Of a stretch of DNA of 64,000 nucleotides, positions 1-9,125 are shown piece by piece. This DNA is from Alphaproteobacteria bacterium (GTDB lineage: Bacteria; Pseudomonadota; Alphaproteobacteria; Bin95). Each line of letters starts with the position of its first letter. Position 1 is the stretch's first letter. The DNA lies in NCBI GenBank assembly GCA_964291285.2, contig OZ219789.1, forward strand, positions 64,001-128,000, in the 5' to 3' direction. A program made the translations under genes and the position numbers. Below the pieces are notes generated by a model. It did not search any database. It saw nothing but the letters and a program-made list of their open reading frames with translations, and was not told where the DNA came from.

Positions 1-224
1 ACCGCGATGTAGACCGTGTCCCTGGACTCCATCCACGCCGCGAGCGCGCCGATCGTCAGCGTCTGGCCGACCACCGCGGCGACCGCCACCCGGCGCCAGG
101 CGCGGTGCTGGGCAATGTGGTAAGCCTGCGACCCCGACACGGCCGCCATGACCTCGCTCAGCCGCGAGCTGCCCGACGCACGCTCGCGCACCGATCCCGG
201 GTCCCGGCGCCAGGGCAGCCTCAT
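1..224 (-). CDS. DotI/IcmL/TraM-like protein, N-terminal part (truncated by window edge)
   Basis: Hand translation from ATG 224 (ATGA overlap with upstream stop): MRLPWRRDPG...HRAWRRVAVAAVVGQTLTIGALAAWMESRDTVYIA. Single TM followed by a Y-x-A motif, in the expected position after icmT/dsb. Confidence 0.55.
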   Translation of the reverse strand, partial: MRLPWRRDPGSVRERASGSSRLSEVMAAVSGSQAYHIAQHRAWRRVAVAAVVGQTLTIGALAAWMESRDTVYIA

Positions 225-1090
225 CGCGTGGCGCCTCCGGACCGGAAGCCCGGTTCCGGACGCCCCGCATGAACCCGGATTGCGCCCGCGTCGTCCCGCC
301 ACGCAAGGAAGGGCACGACCTCCGCGCCGAATGCCCGCCAGAGCGCATGGTTCGCCTCCAGCCGGTCCGTCCCTTCCGCCGCCGCGGCAGCCGGGCCGGA
401 CCCGAACCATGCCAGCGCCGGGTTCCCGGCCGCCGCGATCCCCGCCGCCTGCGCGAGCGAGTCCTCTCCCAGCAGCCCCACCGGCACCGCATGCAGGCGG
501 AACTCCCCGTCGAGCGCCCGGCTCCCCTGTTCAGCCGCCGCCTGCCTCGACCAGGGGCAGGCGGGATCGATGAACGCCACCACGTCCGGACCCCTCTCGC
601 CCAGCGTGAACGCGGCCGCATCGAGCGCCCGCTCGAACAGCGCCTGCCGTCCCCCCTCCGGAGCCGCAGACCGCGACGCCAGCGCATACCCGGCCGCCGC
701 CGCCCGGACCGCGTCTTCCACCGGCGAAGGCCCGGGCGCCGCCGCACCCGGGCGCGAGGCGCCGCCGACCGCCTCTGCGGCCGCTCCCGCCTTCGCCGCC
801 GCCCGCAGCTGCCCGCCGGTCAGCTCCAGCCCGTCCGGGCCGTAAAGCAGGCCCGCCACGGCATGACCGTCCGGCGCCGCATAGACCGGGAACACGCTTC
901 CGTCCGGCCGGCGCACCAGCCAGCCTTCCAGCAGGCCGGACCGCCCGAGCGGCACGAGCGCCGCCCCGGACCGCTCCAGCGCCGCCAGCACGGCCGGAAG
1001 CCGCTCTTCGGAATGCCCGAGCCTCAGCCCGCCCACGATCAGCAGCACCAGGAGCGCCGAAAACACCGCCACGCGCACGACCGCCCTCAT
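221..1090 (-). CDS. DsbG/TrbB-like thioredoxin-fold periplasmic protein (CxxS variant)
   Basis: Signal/TM MRAVVRVAVFSALLVLL, DsbG-like N-domain (VYAAPDGHAVAGLLYGPDG), FIDPACPWS active-site loop and VVP cis-Pro motif. Confidence 0.7.
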   Translation of the reverse strand: MRAVVRVAVFSALLVLLIVGGLRLGHSEERLPAVLAALERSGAALVPLGRSGLLEGWLVRRPDGSVFPVYAAPDGHAVAGLLYGPDGLELTGGQLRAAAKAGAAAEAVGGASRPGAAAPGPSPVEDAVRAAAAGYALASRSAAPEGGRQALFERALDAAAFTLGERGPDVVAFIDPACPWSRQAAAEQGSRALDGEFRLHAVPVGLLGEDSLAQAAGIAAAGNPALAWFGSGPAAAAAEGTDRLEANHALWRAFGAEVVPFLAWRDDAGAIRVHAGRPEPGFRSGGATR

Positions 1091-1091
1091 C

Positions 1092-1370
1092 TCAGCCCCG
1101 CCCGTAGTCCAGGAACCGCCGCATGCGCCGGCGGTGCAGCGCCCGGCGCTTCCCCGCGAGAGCCGCGCGCATCGCGCGGACCGCCGCCGGCGGCCGGTAG
1201 CCCCGCGCCTCCGCAGCCCTGAACGCCAGCCAGGCGAGCAGCACCGCGCCGCCCGTCCACCAGCCCGGCACGAACACCGCCGCGACCGCCAACGGCAGCA
1301 GGCGCGCGTCGAACGGCCCCAGCCGAACCGGGCGCATCGAATCCCGCCACGCCCAGCCCTCTCCCTCCAT
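1092..1370 (-). CDS. icmT: IcmT/TraK family protein
   Basis: WRDSMRPVRLGPFDAR motif, two TM helices, RGY...A.RAMR tail, directly after dotB. Confidence 0.8.
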   Translation of the reverse strand: MEGEGWAWRDSMRPVRLGPFDARLLPLAVAAVFVPGWWTGGAVLLAWLAFRAAEARGYRPPAAVRAMRAALAGKRRALHRRRMRRFLDYGRG

Positions 1371-1382
1371 GAGCCCGCGCCC

Positions 1383-2531
1383 TCACGCGCCCGCCCGTTC
1401 GCCGGCGTCGCGCAGGTCTCCCGACGCCGCCAGCGCCCGGGCCAGGTCCCCGCGCCCGATCCGCCCGGCTTCATGGGCCCGCACCCCGGCCTCGCCGAGG
1501 CCCCCGCAGCGCTTCCGCACCTCCGCCTGGATCGCCATCGGCCAGTCGCCCCGGGGCAGCTGGAACAGGCGCTGCTTCAGCGCGCCGTCGAACCGCAGCC
1601 ACTCCCGGATCGCGGTCCGCCCGCCCTGCGGGTTCGGGACCAGCATCTGCGTCGCGACAAGCGTGAGGCGCTGCATCAGCGCCACGGCCCGCTCGTCCCG
1701 CTCCGCCGGCGCAAACGCCGACAGCAACCGGCGCATGGTCGCCGACACGCCCACCGTGTGCGTCGTCGAATACACCGCCATCCCCTGGTCCGAGGCGTTC
1801 AGCACCGCCTCGATCGTCTCCAGGTCGCGCGCCTCGCCCACCATCACCGCCGCCGGACGGCGCCTCACCGCAGAGCGCAGCGCCTCCGCGAACGTCTCCA
1901 CATGCGTCGGAACCTCCGTCTGCTCGATCATCGCCAGGTCCGCCTCGATCCGGGACAGGTCGAACTCCACCGGGTTCTCGAACGTCAGCACCTTGCCCCG
2001 GCCGGTCTCCACCAGCCGGCGCATCGCCGCGGCCAGCAATGTCGACTTGCCGGACCCCGGAACCCCCGTGACCAGGCAAATCCCCTCGCCGAGCTGCAAC
2101 GCCGCCGCGATCTCCTCCTCGACCCCGAGCGCGTCCAGCTCCGGCGCCTCCTCCGGAAGCACCCTCAGCGCCACGCCCATCCCCCAGCGCCCGTCGAACT
2201 GCTTCGGCAGCATGTTCACCCTGAAACGCCGCCGGCGCCGGTCCGGCCCGACCGCCGTGTGGCTGCAGTCGATCGCCCCGCCGCCGCGAAGCTCCGTCTC
2301 GGCCCGCTCCCGGCTCACATGCAGACCGCCGGCAACACGCCCCATCGCCGGGCCGTCCAGCCGCGCCCGGGTCGCCCGGCGCAACTGCCCGTCCACCTCG
2401 ATGAACGCCGGAAGGCCCGTCGAGAAGGCGATATCCGCCGCCCCCAGGTCCGCCGCCCACAACAGGAACTCGTCAAGCCGGTCGGTCGGAAACGACCGCT
2501 CCCCCGGCTCCCACATGCCGGGCCCGCTCAC
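1383..2531 (-). CDS. dotB: DotB/TraJ PilT-like secretion ATPase
   Basis: Walker A GVPGSGKST, ENPVE box, VGEARD Walker B, TTHT His box. GTG start overlaps the ssb stop. Confidence 0.85.
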   Translation of the reverse strand: MSGPGMWEPGERSFPTDRLDEFLLWAADLGAADIAFSTGLPAFIEVDGQLRRATRARLDGPAMGRVAGGLHVSRERAETELRGGGAIDCSHTAVGPDRRRRRFRVNMLPKQFDGRWGMGVALRVLPEEAPELDALGVEEEIAAALQLGEGICLVTGVPGSGKSTLLAAAMRRLVETGRGKVLTFENPVEFDLSRIEADLAMIEQTEVPTHVETFAEALRSAVRRRPAAVMVGEARDLETIEAVLNASDQGMAVYSTTHTVGVSATMRRLLSAFAPAERDERAVALMQRLTLVATQMLVPNPQGGRTAIREWLRFDGALKQRLFQLPRGDWPMAIQAEVRKRCGGLGEAGVRAHEAGRIGRGDLARALAASGDLRDAGERAGA

Positions 2532-2968
2532 GGCCCCTCTCCCTTCGCCGGAACGCGCCGCCAGTGCGCCCGCACCAGGACCCGGCGCTCGGCCCCCATC
2601 CACTCCGGCTCGTCGCCGGGCCCGGCGTTCCGCAGCGAGTCCAGGCGGTTCAGCCAGGCCCGCGCGCCGGCCAGCACCACCAGGGCGACACGCCCGGAAC
2701 GGTCACCGCCGCCAGGCTCCCGGTATTCGAGACGCCCCATCACCTGCAGCGCCGCGCCCTTCACCACCAGCCGGCGCGCAAGGTCGGCCTGCGCGCCGAC
2801 CGCGCGCACATGGTGCCACTCGACACGCTCCTCATACTCCCCGCCGCGCCGGTAGCGCCGGAGGTTCGTCGCCAGCGAGAAGTCCGCGACCTCCGTCCCG
2901 CCGGCCTGCCGGACCTCCGCGTCCTTGCCCGCATGGCCCACAAGGTGCACGTCCGAAAGGTTCAGCAC
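2528..2968 (-). CDS. ssb: Single-stranded DNA-binding protein with atypical basic C-terminus
   Basis: LNLSDVHLVGHAGKDAEVR, FSLATN, EWHHV, KGAALQVMGRL OB-fold motifs. GAAGGAGG SD before GTG. Confidence 0.85.
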   Translation of the reverse strand: MLNLSDVHLVGHAGKDAEVRQAGGTEVADFSLATNLRRYRRGGEYEERVEWHHVRAVGAQADLARRLVVKGAALQVMGRLEYREPGGGDRSGRVALVVLAGARAWLNRLDSLRNAGPGDEPEWMGAERRVLVRAHWRRVPAKGEGP

Positions 2969-3002
2969 CGCGCTGCCTCCTTCGCCTTCCGCAACATCCG
3001 GA

Positions 3003-3878
3003 TCACCGTCCGCTCCCCCATCCGCCGCCCGGCGCCACACGCTCCGGCAGCGGGCGCCACTCCCGCGGCGCCAGGTTGAACCGCGCCCGCCCGTCGAGGC
3101 GCACCACCCGCTCCCCGATCCGCATCAGGCTCTCGTGTCCCGAGACCGCCGTCTCCTCGAACCGCGTCTCGAGCGGGGTCACCATCCGCGCCGCGCGAAG
3201 CCGGTGCCAGCGCACGACACCCCGGAACACCGCCACCAGACGCTCCAGGTCCGAGGCATGGATGTCGTCCGCCAGCCTGACCCCGCGCGCCCATCCCTCC
3301 TCCAGCCAGCCGTCCCAGCGCGCGCGCTCCGCCGCCCCGCGCGGGAACAGCACCGGCGAGGGCCTCCGCGCCGGCTCCCAGTCCCGCTCCAGCCACGCGC
3401 GCCAGGTCGGCGCCGCCCCCACGATCCGCTCCCCGGCCGCGATCCGCAGCACCTGCCGGGCGCCCGCCGCCATGTCGTCCTCGATCCGCACCGCATCCCG
3501 CGTCTCCGCAAGAACCGGCGGCATCACCAGGAACCCGCCCCGGGCCACCAGCAGCGCGCCGAAATCGAATACCGCCGAGAGACGCTCCGCCTGTTCCTCG
3601 AGAAGCGCCGCGATCTCCCGGCCCCGATGCGCAAGCCCCGCCTGCGAGGCCCAGGCAAGCGCCGCAAGCCGCTGCGCCCCGCCCCGGCGCTCCGCCGCGC
3701 GCGCCGCCGCGCCGCCCGCCTCACCGGCCGGCGCCGTCTCCTTCAGCGCCTGAAGGTCCGGCAGCGGCGCCGCGCCCGGCCCCGCGGAAGACGACGCATG
3801 AACCGGCGCCGCCGCCAGCAGCAGCAGCGCAAGCGCGGATACCCCGTGCCGCCGGCGAACCCCGGAGCCGGCGGTCAT
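3003..3878 (-). CDS. dotC: DotC/TraI family protein
   Basis: LSAVFDFGALL, MPPVLAE, APTWRAWL, W..GW.RG.RLADDI, RL...FRG...W..L....MVT.P motifs. Lies between dotD and dotB. Confidence 0.85.
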   Translation of the reverse strand: MTAGSGVRRRHGVSALALLLLAAAPVHASSSAGPGAAPLPDLQALKETAPAGEAGGAAARAAERRGGAQRLAALAWASQAGLAHRGREIAALLEEQAERLSAVFDFGALLVARGGFLVMPPVLAETRDAVRIEDDMAAGARQVLRIAAGERIVGAAPTWRAWLERDWEPARRPSPVLFPRGAAERARWDGWLEEGWARGVRLADDIHASDLERLVAVFRGVVRWHRLRAARMVTPLETRFEETAVSGHESLMRIGERVVRLDGRARFNLAPREWRPLPERVAPGGGWGSGR

Positions 3879-4492
3879 TGCGCTGGCCCTGTTGCGGGTC
3901 CGCGATGGCGCACCGCCAGCGTCCGGCCGTCCGGGCCGAGCGCCGCGACAGGCGCGGGGTCCAGCCCGGAAAGGGACCGCGACACGGCCGCCACGGCTTC
4001 CGCAAAGGTCCCCCGGAAGCGGCGCGCCTCGCCCAGCCGGTAGCTCCGGTCCGTCAGCCAGACGAGCTCGACGCCCGCCATCGCGCTCCAGCGCGCCAGC
4101 GCCTGGCGCAGCGTCTCGCCCCGCGCCACGCTCCAGTCCGCAACGCCCCGGCCCGCGGTCGCCAGCTCGACCTCGCCGGGCGGCAGCCCCGCGGGGCGCA
4201 CATGAACCTCGCCGCCATGGCGCTCCCAGGCGAGCCCGAAATCCCACAGCAGCACCCGCCAGTCCGTGTAGACCGCCCGCGCCCGGCGCCCGGTGTCCAC
4301 GCGCCGGTCCCAGCGCAGCCTCGCGCCCGCCGGAACCAGCCGCGCCGCAACCTCCGCGATCCCCAGACGGTCCGGCGGTCCATGGATGAACATCGAACGG
4401 TCCGACTCCACGGGCGTCCAGGAGAAGCCCGCCGCCGCCGGCGCCGGCGACAGCGCCGCCAGCACCGCCAGCACCCTCGGCAATGCCGTCAC
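3875..4492 (-). CDS. TcpQ/PilL-domain periplasmic protein
   Basis: Signal peptide, then WSVARGETLRQALARWSAMAGVELVW...FRGTFAEAV (TcpQ-like). Confidence 0.7.
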   Translation of the reverse strand: MTALPRVLAVLAALSPAPAAAGFSWTPVESDRSMFIHGPPDRLGIAEVAARLVPAGARLRWDRRVDTGRRARAVYTDWRVLLWDFGLAWERHGGEVHVRPAGLPPGEVELATAGRGVADWSVARGETLRQALARWSAMAGVELVWLTDRSYRLGEARRFRGTFAEAVAAVSRSLSGLDPAPVAALGPDGRTLAVRHRGPATGPAQ

Positions 4493-5019
4493 GACCCCTC
4501 CCCGCCGGGAGGCGGCGGATCCGCCGCCTCCGGCCCGATCCAGTCCAGCCGCACGGCCATCCGCCCGGCATCCGTCGTCAGCAGCGCCCGCCCCCCGGCC
4601 TGGAGACCGATATCGCGAAGCACGAAGATCACCGGCTCGTCCTCGACATCGACCGAGACCATCACCGGCGCCGGCGGGCGCGGACCGGCGACCACGAAGT
4701 CGTAGCCGATCTCCGCCGCAAGGCGCTCCGCCACCCGCTCCAGCGGGCCCAGCCAGTCCAGCGTCACCCGCGTCTGCAGCTCCGGCGTCACCAGGCGCGG
4801 CACATCGACCGCAGGCGGCGCGCCGGCCGCGCGGACCTCCGCCAGCCGCGTCAGCGCCTCCTGCGCCAGAACCATCGCCTCGGCTATCCGCATCTCCGCC
4901 GGGTCGCCCGCGACCGCCGCCGCGGACCGGTCCTGCGCCCGGCCGGGATCGAGCGACTGGCAGCCGGCAAGCGCCAGCGCCCCGGCCACCATCCCGCCAA
5001 GCGCCGCGCCCACGCTCAT
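4489..5019 (-). CDS. dotD: DotD/TraH lipoprotein
   Basis: Lipobox LAGC, VTLDWLGPLE...LAAEIGY and VLRDIGLQAG motifs. Confidence 0.85.
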   Translation of the reverse strand: MSVGAALGGMVAGALALAGCQSLDPGRAQDRSAAAVAGDPAEMRIAEAMVLAQEALTRLAEVRAAGAPPAVDVPRLVTPELQTRVTLDWLGPLERVAERLAAEIGYDFVVAGPRPPAPVMVSVDVEDEPVIFVLRDIGLQAGGRALLTTDAGRMAVRLDWIGPEAADPPPPGGEGS

Positions 5020-5933
5020 GGCGCCGCGCTCCCGATATCGCGCACCACAAGCCAACGGTTCGGATAGGCCGTCGCCGTCAGCGTCCGGCGCATCGGCCGG
5101 GTCGCCAGCAGCGCGTCTGCTGCCGCCAGGAACCCCTCCTCCTCCGTACCGCCCGCCGGAAACGACGCCGCCGCGCCCACCGCATAACGCCGCGCGCTCC
5201 GCCAGGCCACCTGCCAGCCGGCGCGCGCCGCCCAGGCCCGCAGCACCTCCTCCACCGTACCGTGCTCGTCCGGCGCCACTTCCCAGGCCGGCGGCGGCGC
5301 CGGCGCCGCCTCTTCCGGCGCCGCCCCGTCCTGTCCCTCCAGCGCCGCAGCAGCAGCGGGAGCCGCCGGCGCCGCGTCCGCCCCGGCGGACCGGGCGGCC
5401 TCCGCCTCGTTCTCCGCAACCGCGGCCAGGACGCCGACCGCAACGCCCGCAGGCAGATGCTGCGCCCCGCGCTGCTCCCGATCCGCATAGCGCCAGAAAA
5501 CCACCCGCCCGTCCTCCCAGCCCCAGTCGTAGCCCGACAGCCGGGCGATCTCGTCCAGAACCTCCGGAACCGTCCCCCGCATCGAAAGGCCGAACGGAAC
5601 CGCCGGCTCGAGAACGAGATCGCCGTCCAGGACACGGCCCGGGCGGTCCTGAAGCACCGCCTTCACCCCGGCCAGGTCCGCAACCAGACCCGCCAGTTCC
5701 CGGAAGGGCAGAGGGGTCAGCTGCCTGACCTCGATTTCAAGGTCGGAGACTTCGACGGGGAGATCCCTCGACGGCGCCGCGACCGTCACCGTCGCCGCCA
5801 GGGGCGCCGCACCCGGCGCGCCCGCCTGCGACGCCGGCGACAGCAGGGCAAGCGACACGGCAAGCAGGAACCCCATCAGCAGCAGCAGCTCCGCGCCCGT
5901 TCGTTCAACCCGCCTCCGGTTACCGTTCCGCAC
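5016..5933 (-). CDS. TcpQ/PilL-like protein with secretin-N-like N-terminal domain
   Basis: Signal peptide, GTVPEVLDEIARLSGYDWGW segment, C-terminal GTVEEVLRAWAARAGWQVAW (TcpQ-like). Confidence 0.65.
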   Translation of the reverse strand: MRNGNRRRVERTGAELLLLMGFLLAVSLALLSPASQAGAPGAAPLAATVTVAAPSRDLPVEVSDLEIEVRQLTPLPFRELAGLVADLAGVKAVLQDRPGRVLDGDLVLEPAVPFGLSMRGTVPEVLDEIARLSGYDWGWEDGRVVFWRYADREQRGAQHLPAGVAVGVLAAVAENEAEAARSAGADAAPAAPAAAAALEGQDGAAPEEAAPAPPPAWEVAPDEHGTVEEVLRAWAARAGWQVAWRSARRYAVGAAASFPAGGTEEEGFLAAADALLATRPMRRTLTATAYPNRWLVVRDIGSAAP

Positions 5934-6957
5934 CGAACGCCCCCACGATTCCGTTCCGCTCGAACACGCCGCCCACCTCTCCGTGATTGCGCCCGTAGAA
6001 CCGGCCCTCGATCGAGCCGGTCGCGCCGCTGGCCTCGAATGCGCCCCGCGCCACCGGGATATCCTCCCAGCGCATGTCCGCCCTGGCCGCACCGTCGGCG
6101 CCCCTCATGCCCGTGAACGAGACGTCCACCTCCGGCCTCGCGAAATCCCCGATGCGGATCTCCACGACGCCCTCGACGCGACGCCCGGCCGCGCCCTCCA
6201 GACCCCCGACCGAACCGGTCCAGACACCGCCGCCGGGCGCCGCCGGGTCCGTTCGGAACCAGGCGCCGAAGGAAACCGCCCCCGCGCCATCCACCAGACC
6301 GAACACGCTGTCTGCCAGCCGCCGGCCCCGGAAGCCGGACCCGTTCCCGCGCAGCAGCCGGTCCGCCAGAGCGCCCGCATCCACGTTCCCGGACGTGCTG
6401 GAGGCGAACGTGTCCCCGACGCCGAGCCGCTCGCCCCGGCGCCAGTCCCACGGCGCCACGAATGCGCCGCGATGGACGCCGCGCCGCTGCGAGCGCGCCT
6501 CTTCCTCCTCGTCGGCATAGGCCTCGCCGCCATATTGCCGGTAGGCCAGCGCCCAGCCGTTCGCGACAAGCCAGGCGTTGAGATCCACCCCGCCCGCGGA
6601 ACAGGCCCCGATGGAACGCCCGTAGCGGTCCGTGTCGCTTCCCGTGCAGCCCATGCCCTGAGCGCGCGACATGAGCGCCTCCGTCGCCGCCGCCCCGCAG
6701 TTCCATGTCCGGCCCCAGGCCCGGCAGGTCTGCCGGCTCTCCGGCGCGTCGATCCCGTGCAGCCGCCAGCGCACGCCGTCGATATCCACCGTGTCGGCAT
6801 CGATCACCCGGACTTGCGTGCCCGGCTCGGGCGCGGCGGGCGCGGGCACAGTGGGTGCGGTTGCCGAAAGGGGGCCGGAAGGGGAGGGCGAGCCGCCGCC
6901 GCCGCAGGCCGACACGGCAAGCAGGAACGCCATCAGCAGCAGAAGCTCCGCGCCCGT
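5853..6957. repeat. 48-bp direct repeat pair (5853-5900 and 6910-6957) encoding the same signal-peptide segment
   Basis: 46/48 identical by manual alignment. Both copies encode TGAELLLLM(G/A)FLLAVS. Confidence 0.9.
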
Positions 6958-7032
6958 GCGCCCGGCCCGCCTGTGGCGCGCTGTCGGACCCGACGGCGGC
7001 ATCCGGAGCCGCATGGTCTCCATACCCCGCAT
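5920..7032 (-). CDS. Lipoprotein: thermonuclease (SNase) domain fused to a TbpB-like C-terminal beta-barrel
   Basis: Lipobox VSAC. SNase motifs VIDADT, RLHGIDAPE, DRYGR, LVANGWA. C-terminus IEGRFYGRNHGEVGGVF...GAFGAER. Start uncertain (7032, 7023 or 7014). Confidence 0.8.
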   Translation of the reverse strand: MRGMETMRLRMPPSGPTARHRRAGRTGAELLLLMAFLLAVSACGGGGSPSPSGPLSATAPTVPAPAAPEPGTQVRVIDADTVDIDGVRWRLHGIDAPESRQTCRAWGRTWNCGAAATEALMSRAQGMGCTGSDTDRYGRSIGACSAGGVDLNAWLVANGWALAYRQYGGEAYADEEEEARSQRRGVHRGAFVAPWDWRRGERLGVGDTFASSTSGNVDAGALADRLLRGNGSGFRGRRLADSVFGLVDGAGAVSFGAWFRTDPAAPGGGVWTGSVGGLEGAAGRRVEGVVEIRIGDFARPEVDVSFTGMRGADGAARADMRWEDIPVARGAFEASGATGSIEGRFYGRNHGEVGGVFERNGIVGAFGAER

Positions 7033-8207
7033 CACTCGCCGGCTCCCGCACAGCGGCGCAGTGCCGCCCGGGCCGCCCGGTTGTCTGCCTCCGGAACCCG
7101 GTTCCAGACCGAGTTGTGACCGTTGCTCACCAGCGCGCCGGTCGCGAAGGCCGCATCCATGAACCGCAACACATCCTCCCTGTCCGTGAACAACGGATCG
7201 TGGAAGCCGGCCGCCGCGCCGCCGCCGCGCGTCACCGGGCCGAACCGCTCCACGGGCCCGCCCGGAACCCCGGCCGCCGCCTGCACCCGCTTGCCGCGCG
7301 GCACCGTCCCGAAGGACAGCAGCGCCTCCAGCCGCCCGTCCGCCCGCTCGCACGTCACCGCGAACCCGATCCGCAGCCCCTCGCCGGCGCCCGGCAGCCG
7401 CTCCGCCACCCCGAACGCCAGAACCGGCCCGTCAGCCACGCGAAGCGCGAACGACCGCGCCTCGGGCGTCTCCACCGGCGCCTCGGCCGCAGCGCCGGAC
7501 AAACTCGCGAGCCCCAGCGCCGCTGCCGCCGTCAGCGCGACCATCGCCGTCGCCAGCCAGAGCCCCGGACCCGCCCGGTCGGCCGGCACAGCCGGCCGCC
7601 CCCTCAGCAGCCCCTGCCGGCGCGCCAGGTCCCGTCCGGCCAGCTCCCGCCGGTCCTGCAGCGCACCCCGCCCGCACAACACCCGCCACGGGCCCACCCC
7701 GTGCCGGGCGCCCAACGCGCCCAGGACCAGCCAGTCCGACACGCCCGACAGCAGGCAGAACACAACCCCGGAAACCACGACCAGCGCGATCCAGAACGCC
7801 GCCTTCGCCCCGATCTGCCGGAACCCCTCCTCCGCCGCTCCGGCGATCTCCGCCTTCGTCGCCGCCGGATCCCCCAGCGCCGACAGGGGCTCCAGCAGCA
7901 CGGACATGAACTCCGCAAACACGTTCAGGAGCGCGAGGGCCATCAATGGAAACAGGACGAACCTGAGGTCCCGCTCGCAGGTCCAGGCAAGAACACGGCG
8001 CAGGCGGCGGCCGGGGCCGGGCGCCCCATCCATCCTGAGCGCGGCCCAGGCCAGCGCCGCCCCGGCGGCGTAAGCCGCAACGAACCAGTACGGGCCGGCC
8101 GCGGCCGCCGCCGGCGGCATGAGCAACAGCATCCCGGCAAGGGACGCCCTGACCGTGCGCCTTGCCTCCCGGATCTCCCAGGCTTCCAGGCCGAGGCCCC
8201 CGCTCAT
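7032..8207 (-). CDS. Hypothetical multi-pass membrane protein with C-terminal periplasmic domain
   Basis: Several hydrophobic helices, then a soluble domain with two Cys. Coupled to its neighbours. Confidence 0.55.
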   Translation of the reverse strand: MSGGLGLEAWEIREARRTVRASLAGMLLLMPPAAAAAGPYWFVAAYAAGAALAWAALRMDGAPGPGRRLRRVLAWTCERDLRFVLFPLMALALLNVFAEFMSVLLEPLSALGDPAATKAEIAGAAEEGFRQIGAKAAFWIALVVVSGVVFCLLSGVSDWLVLGALGARHGVGPWRVLCGRGALQDRRELAGRDLARRQGLLRGRPAVPADRAGPGLWLATAMVALTAAAALGLASLSGAAAEAPVETPEARSFALRVADGPVLAFGVAERLPGAGEGLRIGFAVTCERADGRLEALLSFGTVPRGKRVQAAAGVPGGPVERFGPVTRGGGAAAGFHDPLFTDREDVLRFMDAAFATGALVSNGHNSVWNRVPEADNRAARAALRRCAGAGE

Positions 8208-8527
8208 CGCGCCGCCCTCCCGGAATGGCGGCCCTCCGGGCCGAAGGCCGCGGCGAGCGACTGCCGGAGCGTCTTGCCCGTGCGCGCCGCCAGCACCGCC
8301 AGCCCCGCGCCCGCGGCAGCCCCGCAGAGGCAGAGCGCCCCGGCGGCGGTCAACAGGGCGGCAGAGGCGCTCCCCGACAGCAGGACGGCTGCTGCCGAGC
8401 CGAGCACCGGCAGCGACAGGCCCGCCAGCAGGAAAGCGCGGAACACAGGCACGGTCTCCGCGCGCCCGGCGCCTGTGCCGGCGTCTGCGCCGCCGCCGCG
8501 CCCGACTGCATCTTCCGGCCGGTTCAT
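8204..8527 (-). CDS. Small hypothetical membrane protein
   Basis: ATG 8527 after GAGGAGG, two hydrophobic helices, ATGA overlap downstream. Confidence 0.55.
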   Translation of the reverse strand: MNRPEDAVGRGGGADAGTGAGRAETVPVFRAFLLAGLSLPVLGSAAAVLLSGSASAALLTAAGALCLCGAAAGAGLAVLAARTGKTLRQSLAAAFGPEGRHSGRAAR

Positions 8528-8537
8528 CGCGCCCTCC

Positions 8538-9125
8538 TCATCCGAACCCGATATCGGCCAGGCCGAGGGGCGGGGCCGCGAGCGCCGCACCCGCACCCGC
8601 CGCCATGCCCGGCCCGAGCGGCGCATGGCCGCGCAGGCAGGACCGTCCGCGCCGGCGCTGCACGCAGGCATGGCGGGCCAGCGCGCAGGCCGCGCCGACC
8701 GGCAGCGCCCAGACCAGGCCCCGGGGGCCGAGCAGGCAGCCGAGCGCGGCGAACAGCAGCGCGTCGCCGGGCTGCAACGGCCAGCGCCGCCCGAGGGCCT
8801 CCGCCGCGGCGATCGGGACAGCGCCGGCGAGGAACCCGGCGCCCGCGCCCGCCAGCGCCCGCCACAGGCCCTGCGCCGCATCGGGACCGAACGGCGCCGC
8901 CTGCCACAGCACGCCCGCGCCGGCGAGCAGGCACAGCCACAACGGGTCGATCCGCAGGCGCCGCGCATCGATGCGCCCGAGCTGAACCAGCGCGCCGCAG
9001 GCCCAGGCCAGCGCCACGGCGTCAAGGACCGCAGCGCCACGCGCGCCGACCGTCAGCGCCGCCGCCGCGGGCGCCAGGCAGGCCGCCATGAACAGCAGCA
9101 CGGTGCGGGCGCGCGCCGGGGTCAT
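8538..9125 (-). CDS. A24 prepilin peptidase (PilU-like)
   Basis: Two catalytic Asp motifs (RIDARRLRI and PGDALLFAALG) and the C-terminal PLGPGM motif. Confidence 0.8.
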   Translation of the reverse strand: MTPARARTVLLFMAACLAPAAAALTVGARGAAVLDAVALAWACGALVQLGRIDARRLRIDPLWLCLLAGAGVLWQAAPFGPDAAQGLWRALAGAGAGFLAGAVPIAAAEALGRRWPLQPGDALLFAALGCLLGPRGLVWALPVGAACALARHACVQRRRGRSCLRGHAPLGPGMAAGAGAALAAPPLGLADIGFG

